Positions 40,366 to 49,397 of a DNA stretch of 64,000 nt are shown piece after piece; the stretch's first letter is position 1; each line of letters starts with the position of its first letter. The stretch comes from an uncultured delta proteobacterium. GTDB lineage: Bacteria; Myxococcota_A; UBA9160; UBA4427. Below the pieces are notes generated by a model. It was not told where the DNA came from, made no database searches, and worked only from the letters and a program-made list of their open reading frames with translations. The position numbers and the translations under genes are program-made. The stretch lies in the NCBI GenBank assembly GCA_963822965.1, contig CAWGJT010000005.1, forward strand, positions 192,001 through 256,000. Direction: 5' to 3'.

Positions 40366-40929
40366 TCAGGAACCGAGCCCCTCCTCCAGCAGCGCGCGCG
40401 CCCGGGCGTTGGCGGCGTCGGCCCGCGCCAGCAGCGCATCGAAGGACGTCTCACCGTCTCGCGACGGGAGGACGCCCGCCTCGGCGCGCGCCCGGGCGCG
40501 GTCTCGGGTCTCCTCGGCGCTCTTGCGCCGGTGACACGGCACGCACAGGGTCTGGAGGTTCGCCGGCTCGTGACCCCCGCCGTCGATCAGGGGGACGATG
40601 TGGTCCAGCTCCCAGAGCGAGCGCCGCGGATGGAAGCCCAGCTCGCGGAGGCGCGCCGCGCGCCCGCGTCCCCGAATCTTCCGGCGCAGGGCGTTGGTAT
40701 CGAGACCGCAGGCGCGACACACGCCGCGGTCGCGCTTGCGGGCGATCCGCCGCTGCTCCCGCGGATCGCTGCGGTTGTAGTCGTCGACGCACGCCGGATG
40801 CCAGCGGCGGCGGCGGTCGACGCGGCCCTCCTTCGGACCCGGACCGTGCAGGATCGCCTGACCGCACCAGCGGCAGGTGCCACGCGGCGCGTCGCTGAAG
40901 CAGATCTCGGGCCGTCGGTGCTCAGCCAC
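40366..40929 (-). CDS. HNH endonuclease
   Basis: RDRGVCRACG, ELDHIVPLIDGG....NLQTLCVPCH; extra N-terminal CRWC..HPAC. Confidence 0.85.
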   Translation of the reverse strand: MAEHRRPEICFSDAPRGTCRWCGQAILHGPGPKEGRVDRRRRWHPACVDDYNRSDPREQRRIARKRDRGVCRACGLDTNALRRKIRGRGRAARLRELGFHPRRSLWELDHIVPLIDGGGHEPANLQTLCVPCHRRKSAEETRDRARARAEAGVLPSRDGETSFDALLARADAANARARALLEEGLGS

Positions 40930-41090
40930 GCGGGCCTTCCCGGGAGCGGACGACGGACGGCGGCCGCGGGCGCCGACGCGGATTCCCAGAGTGCACGCAG
41001 GCCCCCCACGCCCGGACGGACGTCGCACAGGGGGTGCAGCGAGAATCAGGCAGGGGAGCGCGCGGGTCAAGCGCTGATAGTATCCGCGGC

Positions 41091-42272
41091 ATGACGGGGC
41101 CCCTTCACGGATACCGGGTCGTCGACGTCACCCAGATGATCTCGGGGCCGATGGCGACGATGATCCTGGGCGACCAGGGTGCGGACGTCGTCAAGGTGGA
41201 GCCGCCGGGCCGCGGCGACCTCACCCGCGCCCTCGGCGGCGGAGCGCGGCGCATGGCGCCGATCTTCGCGACGAGCAACCGGAACAAGCGCGGCGTCGTC
41301 CTCGATCTCAAGCGGCCCGAAGGCCTGGAGGTGTTGAAGCGTCTGGTCGCCACCGCCGATGTCTTCGTGCAGAACTTCCGCCCGGGCGCAGCCGAGCGCA
41401 TGGGCATCGGCTACGAGGCCCTGCGCGCCGTCAAGCCCGACCTCGTCTACGTGTCGATCAGCGGCTTCGGCGAGACGGGACCCTACGCGCAGAAGCGCGT
41501 CTACGACCCCGTCATCCAGGCGCTCTCCGGGCTGGCGGACATCCAGGGCGGCAGCGGCCCGAGGCCGCGCATGCTGCGCCTGATCGTGCCCGACAAGGTG
41601 ACCGCGCTGACGGCCGCCCAGGCCATCACCGCCGCCCTGCTCGCGCGGGAACGCAGCGGCGAGGGACAGCACGTGCGATTGGCGATGCTCGACGCCGTGG
41701 TCGCCTTCCTCTGGCCCGAAGGCATGGCGCGGCACACCTTCATCGGCCGCGACGTCGGCGTCTCACGTCCGAGCGAGACCCGCGACCTCGTCTTCGAGAC
41801 CCGGGACGGCTTCATCACCGCGGGCGCGGTCTCCGACGCCGAGTGGCGGGGACTCGCCCAGGCGCTCGAGCACCCCGAGTGGCTGGACGACGAGCGCTTC
41901 AGGACGCCGGCGGGACGTGTCAAGCATGCGGACGCCCGCCTGGAGCTGACCGCGCAGGTACTGGCGACCCGCACCTCGGCCGAGTGGCTCGAACGCCTCG
42001 ACCGCCACCAGGTGCCCTGCGCGCCCATCCTGCGCCGCGAAGAGCTGGCAGAGAACGCTCAGATCGTCGCCAACGAGCTGATCGTCGAGTCGGAGTCGCC
42101 GCTCACGGGTCGCATGCGCCAGCCGCGGCCCGCGGCGCGCTTCGCGGGCACCCCCTCGTCCATCCGGCGTCCGGCCCCGGGTCTCGGCGAGCACAACGAG
42201 GACGTGCTGGCGGAGCTCGGCTTCGACGCCGAGGCGCGGCGCAGCCTGGCCGAGGCCGGCGCCTTCGGCTGA
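41091..42272 (+). CDS. CaiB/BaiF family III CoA-transferase
   Basis: ISGP.A..LGD.GADV.KVE, NRNKR, NFRPG, SGFG.TGP, YD..IQA.SG, catalytic D in VPDKVT. Confidence 0.93.
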   Translation: MTGPLHGYRVVDVTQMISGPMATMILGDQGADVVKVEPPGRGDLTRALGGGARRMAPIFATSNRNKRGVVLDLKRPEGLEVLKRLVATADVFVQNFRPGAAERMGIGYEALRAVKPDLVYVSISGFGETGPYAQKRVYDPVIQALSGLADIQGGSGPRPRMLRLIVPDKVTALTAAQAITAALLARERSGEGQHVRLAMLDAVVAFLWPEGMARHTFIGRDVGVSRPSETRDLVFETRDGFITAGAVSDAEWRGLAQALEHPEWLDDERFRTPAGRVKHADARLELTAQVLATRTSAEWLERLDRHQVPCAPILRREELAENAQIVANELIVESESPLTGRMRQPRPAARFAGTPSSIRRPAPGLGEHNEDVLAELGFDAEARRSLAEAGAFG

Positions 42273-42311
42273 GGGATCGGAAGCGCGCGGAACGACCGAA
42301 GAGGAGGAAGA

Positions 42312-42887
42312 ATGGATTTCGCGGACCTGCTCAAGGAAGCCTGGGACAAGTTCGTGGCCGAGATCGTCACGCTGGTCGTCTTCACTCTCGTGGGGCTGCT
42401 GCTCTGCCTCACCATCGTGCTGATCCCGACGGTCAGTGGCGGCTGGTTCCGCGGCATCCTCGCCTACGTGCGCACGGGCGAGCCGCCGGCCTTCGAGGAG
42501 CTGTGGAGCTTCGAGGGCTTCCTGCCCATCACGCTGCTGCTCGTGCTCGGCGGAATCGGAATCACCCTCGGCTACATGCTCTTCTTCGTGCCCGGCGTGA
42601 TCCTCTCCGTGTGGTGGATGTACGCCCTGTTCTTCCTCGTCGACCGGGATCTGGGCGTCGTCGAGGCCTTCGGGGCGAGCAAGAACGCCGTGTCCGAGAC
42701 GGGCTTCGTGAACCACCTGGTCGTGCTCTTGATCGTCTCCGTCCTGGGCATCCTGGGCGGCAGCCTGTCGGGGCTCGGGACGCTGGTGACGACGCCGTTC
42801 AGCCTCGTCTTGCTGGCGCTGGCCTACGTGGACCTGCCGGGGGCCGAGCCGGGCTCGCTCGCGGACGCGTCCTCCTTCACGCCGTAG
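42312..42887 (+). CDS. Hypothetical integral membrane protein
   Basis: Several hydrophobic helices; strong GAGGAGG RBS; typical codon usage. Confidence 0.75.
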   Translation: MDFADLLKEAWDKFVAEIVTLVVFTLVGLLLCLTIVLIPTVSGGWFRGILAYVRTGEPPAFEELWSFEGFLPITLLLVLGGIGITLGYMLFFVPGVILSVWWMYALFFLVDRDLGVVEAFGASKNAVSETGFVNHLVVLLIVSVLGILGGSLSGLGTLVTTPFSLVLLALAYVDLPGAEPGSLADASSFTP

Positions 42888-43921
42888 CGCAGCAAGGTGA
42901 ACACGTTCGTGCCCACGATCTGGTCCTTCTGGTTGTAGAAGGTCGTGAGATTCGTCTGGAAGTAGCCCGGCCCGAGGGCCGTGCGCTTGAGGGGCGAGCA
43001 GTCGAGCAGCTCGCTGGTGGCCTTGACGCGGTCGCCCGGCCGCAGCGGCGTCCCGTAGGCCTGCACCGATCGCGTGGCGATCGTCTCGGTGGCACCGGGC
43101 GGCACGAACATCGGGGCGCGACCCGGCTGGTCTTCGGGCGGCGGCGGCCAGGGCCTGCGCGAGGGACAGTCGACGTCCGGCGCGGACGGATCCACGCCGA
43201 GACGCCCGGGCCGGCCCATCATCCAGCTGATGAGACCCATGGGCGGCGCGATCACGCCCCGGTGGCGGCACTTGCGCGCGTACTCCCCGTCCACGTAGAG
43301 CGGGTTCGCGTCCTCGACCATGTCGCACCAGTACAGGATCTGCACCTCGGAGATCGGGTAGGCGCCGAAGCTCGGCTCGCTCACCTTGCCGAGCTCGGCC
43401 CGGGCCACGTCGGGCATCTCCGGATTCACCGGGAACGCGGGCTTGGTGAGCTGCGAGAAGGGCTTCACGACGCCGTACTCGTCCGACGGCATGGCGAGGG
43501 TGGCCGACGAGAGAGCGGCCACGCCCAGATGGTTGCTCGCGGTGAGCTCGAGCTCGACGACGCAGTCGTTGCCGTCCCAGTACTTCTTCGTCACCCGGCC
43601 CCGAATCACCGCCACGTCCCCGGGCACCAGCTGACCCACCATCTGCAGGGACGTGGAGCGGAAGTCGCTCTCGGGACCGCACCAGTCCGTCACGTAGCGG
43701 GCGAAGAGCGCCTGCTCGAACATGGTGTTCACGAACATCCCGCGGTTCCCGATCGACTTCGAGTACTCGGGATTGTGGTGGTAGGGCATGAGGTCGCGGG
43801 TTCCGCATACCGCGAGCACCAGGGTCTTGACGGTGATGGGAAAGCTCAGCTCGGGCAGGTGCTCGCCGCGCACCACCTCCTCCCAGAGCTTCGAGCGGGT
43901 TCCCGCGAGGTCGAGGGGCAT
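42824..43921 (-). CDS. Double-hotdog (fused MaoC-type) hydratase
   Basis: N-half D.MPYHH hydratase motif; C-half CDMVEDANPLY.D...GVIAPP and LRPGD..KRTALG.GYF. Confidence 0.85.
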   Translation of the reverse strand: MPLDLAGTRSKLWEEVVRGEHLPELSFPITVKTLVLAVCGTRDLMPYHHNPEYSKSIGNRGMFVNTMFEQALFARYVTDWCGPESDFRSTSLQMVGQLVPGDVAVIRGRVTKKYWDGNDCVVELELTASNHLGVAALSSATLAMPSDEYGVVKPFSQLTKPAFPVNPEMPDVARAELGKVSEPSFGAYPISEVQILYWCDMVEDANPLYVDGEYARKCRHRGVIAPPMGLISWMMGRPGRLGVDPSAPDVDCPSRRPWPPPPEDQPGRAPMFVPPGATETIATRSVQAYGTPLRPGDRVKATSELLDCSPLKRTALGPGYFQTNLTTFYNQKDQIVGTNVFTLLRYGVKEDASASEPGSAPGRST

Positions 43922-43962
43922 GCATTCCTCCGAGGTCGGGACGAGGGGCCGGGGCCGGGACG

Positions 43963-45099
43963 TCAGTCCTTGGGCAGCCCCAGGATCCGCTCCGCGATGA
44001 TGTTGCGCTGGATGTTGGGCGTTCCGCCGCCGATCACGGTTCCGTGATAGCCCAGGGCGCCCGTCTGCCACTTGCCTTCGACCTGGGCGTGCGAGCCGAG
44101 CAGGCCGTTGGAGAGGTTCCACATCTCGTGCTCGAGCTGGCCCCGGAGGAGCTTGTTCACCGAGGTCTCCGTGCCGGCCGGCTCCCCGGCCAGCTGCCGC
44201 GTGAGATAGCGCATGCCGTTGAGCCGCATGGCCGAGATGCGGGCCTGGAAGCGCGCCAGCTTGCGGCGCAGCTCCGGGTCCTCGAGGGCCGGCCGGCCGC
44301 GCTTGCGCGTGTCCCGCGCCAGCTCGATCAGGTCCTGCAGGTGCCGCAGCTTCTCGGTCGCCTCGGAGATGCCGGAGCGCTCGTTGGCCAGGGCGCGGAC
44401 GATCACCATCCAGCCCTGCCCCTCCTCGCCGAGGCGGCTCTCCGCGGGCACCCGCACGTCGTTGAAGAACACCTGGTTGAAGCTGTGCACGCCCGTGAGC
44501 GCGGGGATCGGCCGCACCTCGATGCCGGGCAGGTTCATCGGGGTGAGGAGGCAGGTGATGCCGCGATACTTCGAGCGGCTGCGGTCGGGGTCGGTGCGGA
44601 CCATCATGAAGATGTACTTGGCCTTGTGGGCCAGGGTGGTCCAGATCTTCGATCCGTTGATGACGTACTCGTCGCCCTCGCGATGCGCCCGGCACTGCAG
44701 GCCGGCGAGGTCGCTTCCGATGTCCGGCTCCGAGTAGCCCGTGCACCAGACCGAGTCGCCAGCGAGCAGCTCCGGAAGGAAACGCTGCTTCTGCCCCTCG
44801 GTGCCGTGCATGATGATGGCCGGGCCCACCCAGGTGAGGCCCATGAAGTCCCGGCCGAGGGGCGGGGCGCGGCGGGCGGAGGTCTCCTCCTTGAGGATGA
44901 ACTGCTCGATCAGGCTGCCTCCGTAGCCCCCGTGCTCCTTCGGCCAGTTGAAGCCGAGCCAGCCCTTCTCGCCCAGCGCATGGTTCCAGCGGTCGATCTC
45001 CTCCTCGCTGGGCGGGTCGCCCTGGGGCAGGTGCTCGTCCAGGAAGTCCCGGACCTCCTGGCGGAACGCCTGCTCTTCCGGCGTGAAGTGGAAGTCCAT
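43963..45099 (-). CDS. Acyl-CoA dehydrogenase (catalytic-type subunit, FadE26/29-like)
   Basis: WCTGYSEPDIGSDLA, FNQVFFND, ALANER, IGGGTPNIQRNIIAER.LGLP. Confidence 0.92.
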   Translation of the reverse strand: MDFHFTPEEQAFRQEVRDFLDEHLPQGDPPSEEEIDRWNHALGEKGWLGFNWPKEHGGYGGSLIEQFILKEETSARRAPPLGRDFMGLTWVGPAIIMHGTEGQKQRFLPELLAGDSVWCTGYSEPDIGSDLAGLQCRAHREGDEYVINGSKIWTTLAHKAKYIFMMVRTDPDRSRSKYRGITCLLTPMNLPGIEVRPIPALTGVHSFNQVFFNDVRVPAESRLGEEGQGWMVIVRALANERSGISEATEKLRHLQDLIELARDTRKRGRPALEDPELRRKLARFQARISAMRLNGMRYLTRQLAGEPAGTETSVNKLLRGQLEHEMWNLSNGLLGSHAQVEGKWQTGALGYHGTVIGGGTPNIQRNIIAERILGLPKD

Positions 45100-45190
45100 C
45101 AGTAGCCTCCGAGGGTGGCGAGGCGGTCCTGCGCGTCCGCGAGCGCCCAGTGGAGGTCCATCAGTAGCCTCCGAGGGTGGCGAGGCGGTC
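45087..45190. repeat. 42-bp direct repeat (45087-45128 and 45149-45190, one mismatch) with 20-bp spacer
   Basis: AGTGGA(A/G)GTCCATCAGTAGCCTCCGAGGGTGGCGAGGCGGTC occurs twice with a period of 62 bp. Confidence 0.95.
45099..45161 (-). CDS. Putative 20-aa mini-ORF MDLHWALADAQDRLATLGGY created by the junction duplication
   Basis: Its ATG overlaps the upstream stop (TGATG) with a GGAGG RBS, and its own stop overlaps the next ATG in the same way. Confidence 0.4.
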   Translation of the reverse strand: MDLHWALADAQDRLATLGGY

Positions 45191-46288
45191 ATAGTGGTAC
45201 TGCTCGTCGCCGAAGAGCGGGCGCGCCCACTTCGAACGCTTCAGGTAGAGCTGGACGTCGTACTCCGCCGTGTAGCCCACCGCACCGTGCAGCTGGATGG
45301 CGTCGATGCCGGCGCGCGTGAGCGCTTCCGCACCGAAGGCCTTCGCCTCGGAGACCGCCCGGGGAACGTCCGGCGGACTCTCGTCGAGCGCCCAGGCCGC
45401 GTAGTAGAGCAGCGACTTCAGGCACTCCAGGTCCACGTAGATCTCGGCCAGCGGGTGCTTCACGCCCTGGTAGCGACCGATGGGGGACCCGAACTGCAGC
45501 CGGTCCTTGGCGTACTGCACCGTCAGGTCGAGAGCGCCCTCGAGGGCGCCGATCATCTCCGCCGTGACGGCCGCGGCGCCGCGGTCGAGGTGCGCCGCGA
45601 GGGCGGGCCCCGCCGCGCCGGCGGGTCCGAGCAGGTCGTCGGCGCCCACGCGCACGCCGTCGAGGTGCAGGCTGCCCATCCGCTTGGTGCGGTCGAGGGT
45701 GCGGACCTCGCTGCGCGAGACGCCTGGCGCGCTCGCCTCCACCAGGCCGAGGGCCAGGGCGTCGGGGGCGTCTCCCGTGCGGAACGCGACGACGAAGAGA
45801 TCCGACTGGCCGACGTCGACGACGAAGTGCTTGTCACCCGTGAGCCGGTAGCCGTCGCCGTCCGCCGCTCCGCGCAGCGCGACGCCTTCCGGCGCGGGGT
45901 CGTCGCCCTCCTCCAGCACCGCGACCGTGGCCACGACGCCACCGCTCGCGATGCCCGGCAGCCAGCGGCGTCGCTGCGCCTCGTTTCCCGCGGCGAGGAG
46001 GGTCGCACCCGCCAGGGTCGTGGAGATGAGCGGGGACGGGAAGAGCGTGCGGCCGGTCTCCTCGAGGAGCACCACCAGGTCGGCCCATCCCAGGCCGGCG
46101 CCGCCGTACGACTCGGGCAGGGTCAGCCCCAGGAAGCCGAGCTCGCCCAGCTGCTTCCACTGTGCGGGCGAATACCCCTCCTTCGTCTCGGCGATCTTTC
46201 GCACCTCTTCGAGAGGACACTGCTCGTCGAGGAGCTTCCGCACCTCGTGGCGCAGGAGATCCTGCTCTTCCGAGAACCCGAAGTTCAT
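45161..46288 (-). CDS. Acyl-CoA dehydrogenase (partner subunit, FadE27/28-like)
   Basis: MNFGFSEEQDLLR, YAKDRLQFG.PIG.YQ.VKH, QLHGAVGYT.EYD.QLYLKR. Confidence 0.92.
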   Translation of the reverse strand: MNFGFSEEQDLLRHEVRKLLDEQCPLEEVRKIAETKEGYSPAQWKQLGELGFLGLTLPESYGGAGLGWADLVVLLEETGRTLFPSPLISTTLAGATLLAAGNEAQRRRWLPGIASGGVVATVAVLEEGDDPAPEGVALRGAADGDGYRLTGDKHFVVDVGQSDLFVVAFRTGDAPDALALGLVEASAPGVSRSEVRTLDRTKRMGSLHLDGVRVGADDLLGPAGAAGPALAAHLDRGAAAVTAEMIGALEGALDLTVQYAKDRLQFGSPIGRYQGVKHPLAEIYVDLECLKSLLYYAAWALDESPPDVPRAVSEAKAFGAEALTRAGIDAIQLHGAVGYTAEYDVQLYLKRSKWARPLFGDEQYHYDRLATLGGY

Positions 46289-46331
46289 GCAACGCTCCTG
46301 GCGAGAGAACGGCGCCCCAGTCTAGCAGCGC

Positions 46332-47057
46332 TCAGTGCTTCAGGGCCTCGCCGGTCATGGGCACGAAGCGAACGGGAATCACCGAACGTCGGGTCACGTC
46401 GGTCGCGGTGCGCTCCACGACCAGCAGGTCCTGCACGTCCTCTCCCACCGGAATCACGAGTCGGGCGCCGACGGCCAGCTGCTCGACGAGCGGCGGCGGC
46501 ACCTCCCGCGGCGCGGCGGTGACGATGATTCCGTCGAAGGGAGCACGATCCGGCAGCCCGGCATAGCCGTCCCCGGTGATCACCTCGACGTTCTCGCAGC
46601 CGGCCTCCGCCAGTGCCTTCCGGGCGGTGGCGGCGAGCTCCGGCAGGATCTCGATGCTCACCACGCGCTTCACGAGCCTCGAGAGCACCGCGGCCTGGTA
46701 GCCCGATCCCGTGCCGACCTCCAGCACGACGTCGTCCGGCTGGGGATCCAGCAACTCCGTCATCGCGGCCACGATGTAGGGCTGCGAGATCGTCTGCCGG
46801 CTGCCGATGGGCAGCGGACGGTCCTCGTAGGCGTAGTCGCGCAGGGCTTCGGGCACGAAGAGATGGCGCGGCGTCTCGCGCATCGCGGCGAGGACCCGAG
46901 GATCCTTCACCCCGCGCGCCTCGATCTGGTCCTCCACCATCATGCGCCGCCGCTCCTCCGGGCCCGCGGGCTTCGTCCCGGACGCGGCGCCGAGCGTCGC
47001 GAGCGCACCCAGCGCGGCGACCAGAACGACGAGCGAGCGGTCTCCGGGTCCCTGCAC
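46332..47057 (-). CDS. pcm: Protein-L-isoaspartate O-methyltransferase with N-terminal hydrophobic extension
   Basis: PRHLFVP, QTISQPY, LEVGTGSGYQAA, APFD.IIVTAA, VRFVPM. Start approximate. Confidence 0.92.
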   Translation of the reverse strand: MQGPGDRSLVVLVAALGALATLGAASGTKPAGPEERRRMMVEDQIEARGVKDPRVLAAMRETPRHLFVPEALRDYAYEDRPLPIGSRQTISQPYIVAAMTELLDPQPDDVVLEVGTGSGYQAAVLSRLVKRVVSIEILPELAATARKALAEAGCENVEVITGDGYAGLPDRAPFDGIIVTAAPREVPPPLVEQLAVGARLVIPVGEDVQDLLVVERTATDVTRRSVIPVRFVPMTGEALKH

Positions 47058-47162
47058 CCGACGAATGACAGCGCAGCGGCGCGGCATTCTCAAGCCCCGC
47101 GCCTCGACGGCGGCGAGTCCCTGCTACGGTCTCACCCCCCTGGAATACAGCGAGGAGATGGG

Positions 47163-48215
47163 ATGGCCGACGAGCGCAACGAACGAGCCTACGGCACGGG
47201 GCGCGAGGAGGGCCTCGAGCCCCTGCGCCCTCTCGAGATCGGCTCCGCCACGAGCGTCGATGCGCTCGTGCGCTCGATGGCGAACACCGCCTTCGGCGGC
47301 AGGCGCCTGGGCGAGGCGGCGGACGTGCTGGAAGCCATGGTGCGCGATCCCGACTGCTTCCGCGTGCTGACGATCTCCGGCGCCATGACCATCGCCAAGC
47401 AGGGACTCGTCATCTGCGAAATGATCGATCGCGGCTGGATCCAGGCGATCGTCACCACCGGCGCACTGATGACCCACGGCCTGACCGAGGGCGCCGGCAT
47501 GCTCCACTTCAAGCACCGGCCCTCGATGAGCGACGAAGAGCTGTTCCAGCGCGGCTACAACCGGGTCTATGACACCATCGAGCTGGAGCAGAACCTCGAC
47601 GACGCGGAGCGCATCCTGCAGGCTTCGCTCAAGAGCCTCCCCGACGACACGGTCCTCTCGAGCCACCTGATCCTGAACCGGCTCGGTGCCTACCTGAACG
47701 AAGAGACCAGCGGAATGGCGATCCTGAAGAGCGCGTTCCAGGCGGAAGTTCCCATCTACATCCCCGCCTTCACCGACTCGGAGCTCGGCCTCGACGTCAG
47801 CATCTACCAGATCCTCCGCCAGCAGCAGGGGCTGCCGCGCCTGGTCTTCGACCCCTTCCTCGACCTCGACGACTTCACCGACCGGATCCGCCAACGCGAG
47901 CGGACGGGCATCTTCACCATCGGCGGCGGCGTCCCCCGCAACTGGGCCCAGCAGGTCGCGCCCTACCTGGACATCCGGCGCTCGCGCCTCGGCATCGACG
48001 AGCCCCTCCGGCGCTATCGCTACGCGGTGCGCATCTGCCCCGAGCCCGACCACTGGGGCGGCCTCTCGGGCTGCAGCTACACCGAGGGCGTCTCCTGGGG
48101 GAAGTTCGTGCCCGAATCCCAGGGCGGCCGCTTCGCCGAGGTGTACGCGGACGCCACCATCGCCTGGCCGATCGTCGTGCGGGCGGTGATGGAGCGGATG
48201 GACGCCCGCCGCTGA
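47163..48215 (+). CDS. Deoxyhypusine synthase-like protein (possible homospermidine synthase)
   Basis: SGAM, TTGA, PAFTDSELG, IGGGVPRNW, GGLSG..EGVSWGK (catalytic Lys), DATIAWP. Confidence 0.9.
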   Translation: MADERNERAYGTGREEGLEPLRPLEIGSATSVDALVRSMANTAFGGRRLGEAADVLEAMVRDPDCFRVLTISGAMTIAKQGLVICEMIDRGWIQAIVTTGALMTHGLTEGAGMLHFKHRPSMSDEELFQRGYNRVYDTIELEQNLDDAERILQASLKSLPDDTVLSSHLILNRLGAYLNEETSGMAILKSAFQAEVPIYIPAFTDSELGLDVSIYQILRQQQGLPRLVFDPFLDLDDFTDRIRQRERTGIFTIGGGVPRNWAQQVAPYLDIRRSRLGIDEPLRRYRYAVRICPEPDHWGGLSGCSYTEGVSWGKFVPESQGGRFAEVYADATIAWPIVVRAVMERMDARR

Positions 48216-48295
48216 GGCAGCCCGTTGGGCTCCCTTTGCGGCGGAACCGCGACCCGAGACTTCATCTTGGGCCGCACTCCTGGCCGGTCGCGGCC

Positions 48296-49303
48296 TCACG
48301 GCCGGTGCGCGGCCAGCGGCTCCGCGTAGAGGGCGACCCGCGCCTCCCCGTCCGCGCCGACGGCGCCCCGGAACATCGCCGTCGTGTCGAAGCAGAGCAC
48401 CGGCTCCCCCTGGCAGCCTACGGCGATGCAGCCCCCGCGACCGCCGAGGGCCGCTACCTCGGCCAGCGCGTCACGGCAGGCCTCCTGCAGCCCGGCCCTC
48501 GCGAAGCGGACACGCGCGGCGACCTGGTGGGCGAACGCGACGCGCAGGAACGCTTCGCCGGTGCCCGTGCCCGAGACCGCGCAGTCCGCGTCCGCCCAGG
48601 TTCCGGCTCCGGGGACGGGGCTGTCGCCCACCCTTCCCGGGTGTTGGTTCGTCATGCCCCCCGTCGAGGTGGCCGCCGCGAGCCGGCCCGCCGCGTCCCG
48701 GGCCACGGCACCCACCGTGCCCTGCGCTCCGGGGTCCGCTTCGGGGGCCGGATCTTCCGGGTTCACGGCGTCGGGGCCCGAAGCGTCGTGGTCGAGCGCC
48801 GTGCGTCCCGCGCGGGCCGCTCGCGCGAGCTGTGCGCGCCGGAGATCCGTCGCCAGCGACTCCGGGGCGACCGCGGGCAGACCCGCTTCGAGCGCAAAGC
48901 GCTCGGCACCCTCCCCGACCAGGAGCACGTGGCGACCGTCCTCCATCACGACGCGCGCAGCCGACACGGGATTCGCGAGCCGCGAGACAGCCGCCACGGC
49001 GCCGAAACGCCGGGTGGCGCCGTCCGCGACGCAGGCGTCCATCTCGACCCGCCCCGCCGACGTCAGCACCGAGCCGAGGCCGGCGTTGAAGCCGGGATGG
49101 TCCTCGAGCACCCGCACCGCCGCTTCGACGGCCTCGAGGGCGGGCGCGCCGGCGAGCAGGAGCGCGTGGCCGGCGCGCAGGCTCCGGGCGAGCGCGTCCC
49201 GGCGCCCCGCCTCGTCCTGGGGATCCAGGCGGCGGGCCGCACCGGCACCCCCGTGGACCGCCAGGGCCACCGGCACACCGACCGGTCCGCTCACCCGCTT
49301 CAC
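48296..49303 (-). CDS. iaaA: Isoaspartyl peptidase/L-asparaginase (Ntn hydrolase)
   Basis: AVHGGAG, FNAG.GSV, GTVGAVA nucleophile Thr, ATSTGG, GRVGDSP, SGTGTGE. Confidence 0.9.
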   Translation of the reverse strand: MKRVSGPVGVPVALAVHGGAGAARRLDPQDEAGRRDALARSLRAGHALLLAGAPALEAVEAAVRVLEDHPGFNAGLGSVLTSAGRVEMDACVADGATRRFGAVAAVSRLANPVSAARVVMEDGRHVLLVGEGAERFALEAGLPAVAPESLATDLRRAQLARAARAGRTALDHDASGPDAVNPEDPAPEADPGAQGTVGAVARDAAGRLAAATSTGGMTNQHPGRVGDSPVPGAGTWADADCAVSGTGTGEAFLRVAFAHQVAARVRFARAGLQEACRDALAEVAALGGRGGCIAVGCQGEPVLCFDTTAMFRGAVGADGEARVALYAEPLAAHRP

Positions 49304-49397
49304 CGCTGCTGCGCGACGATGGCAGCGCCGGGCGCCCCCGCACGCCTGGGCTCGGGCGACGACGGTGCTTCCCGGGCAGGCCCGGGAAGGCCCGGGC

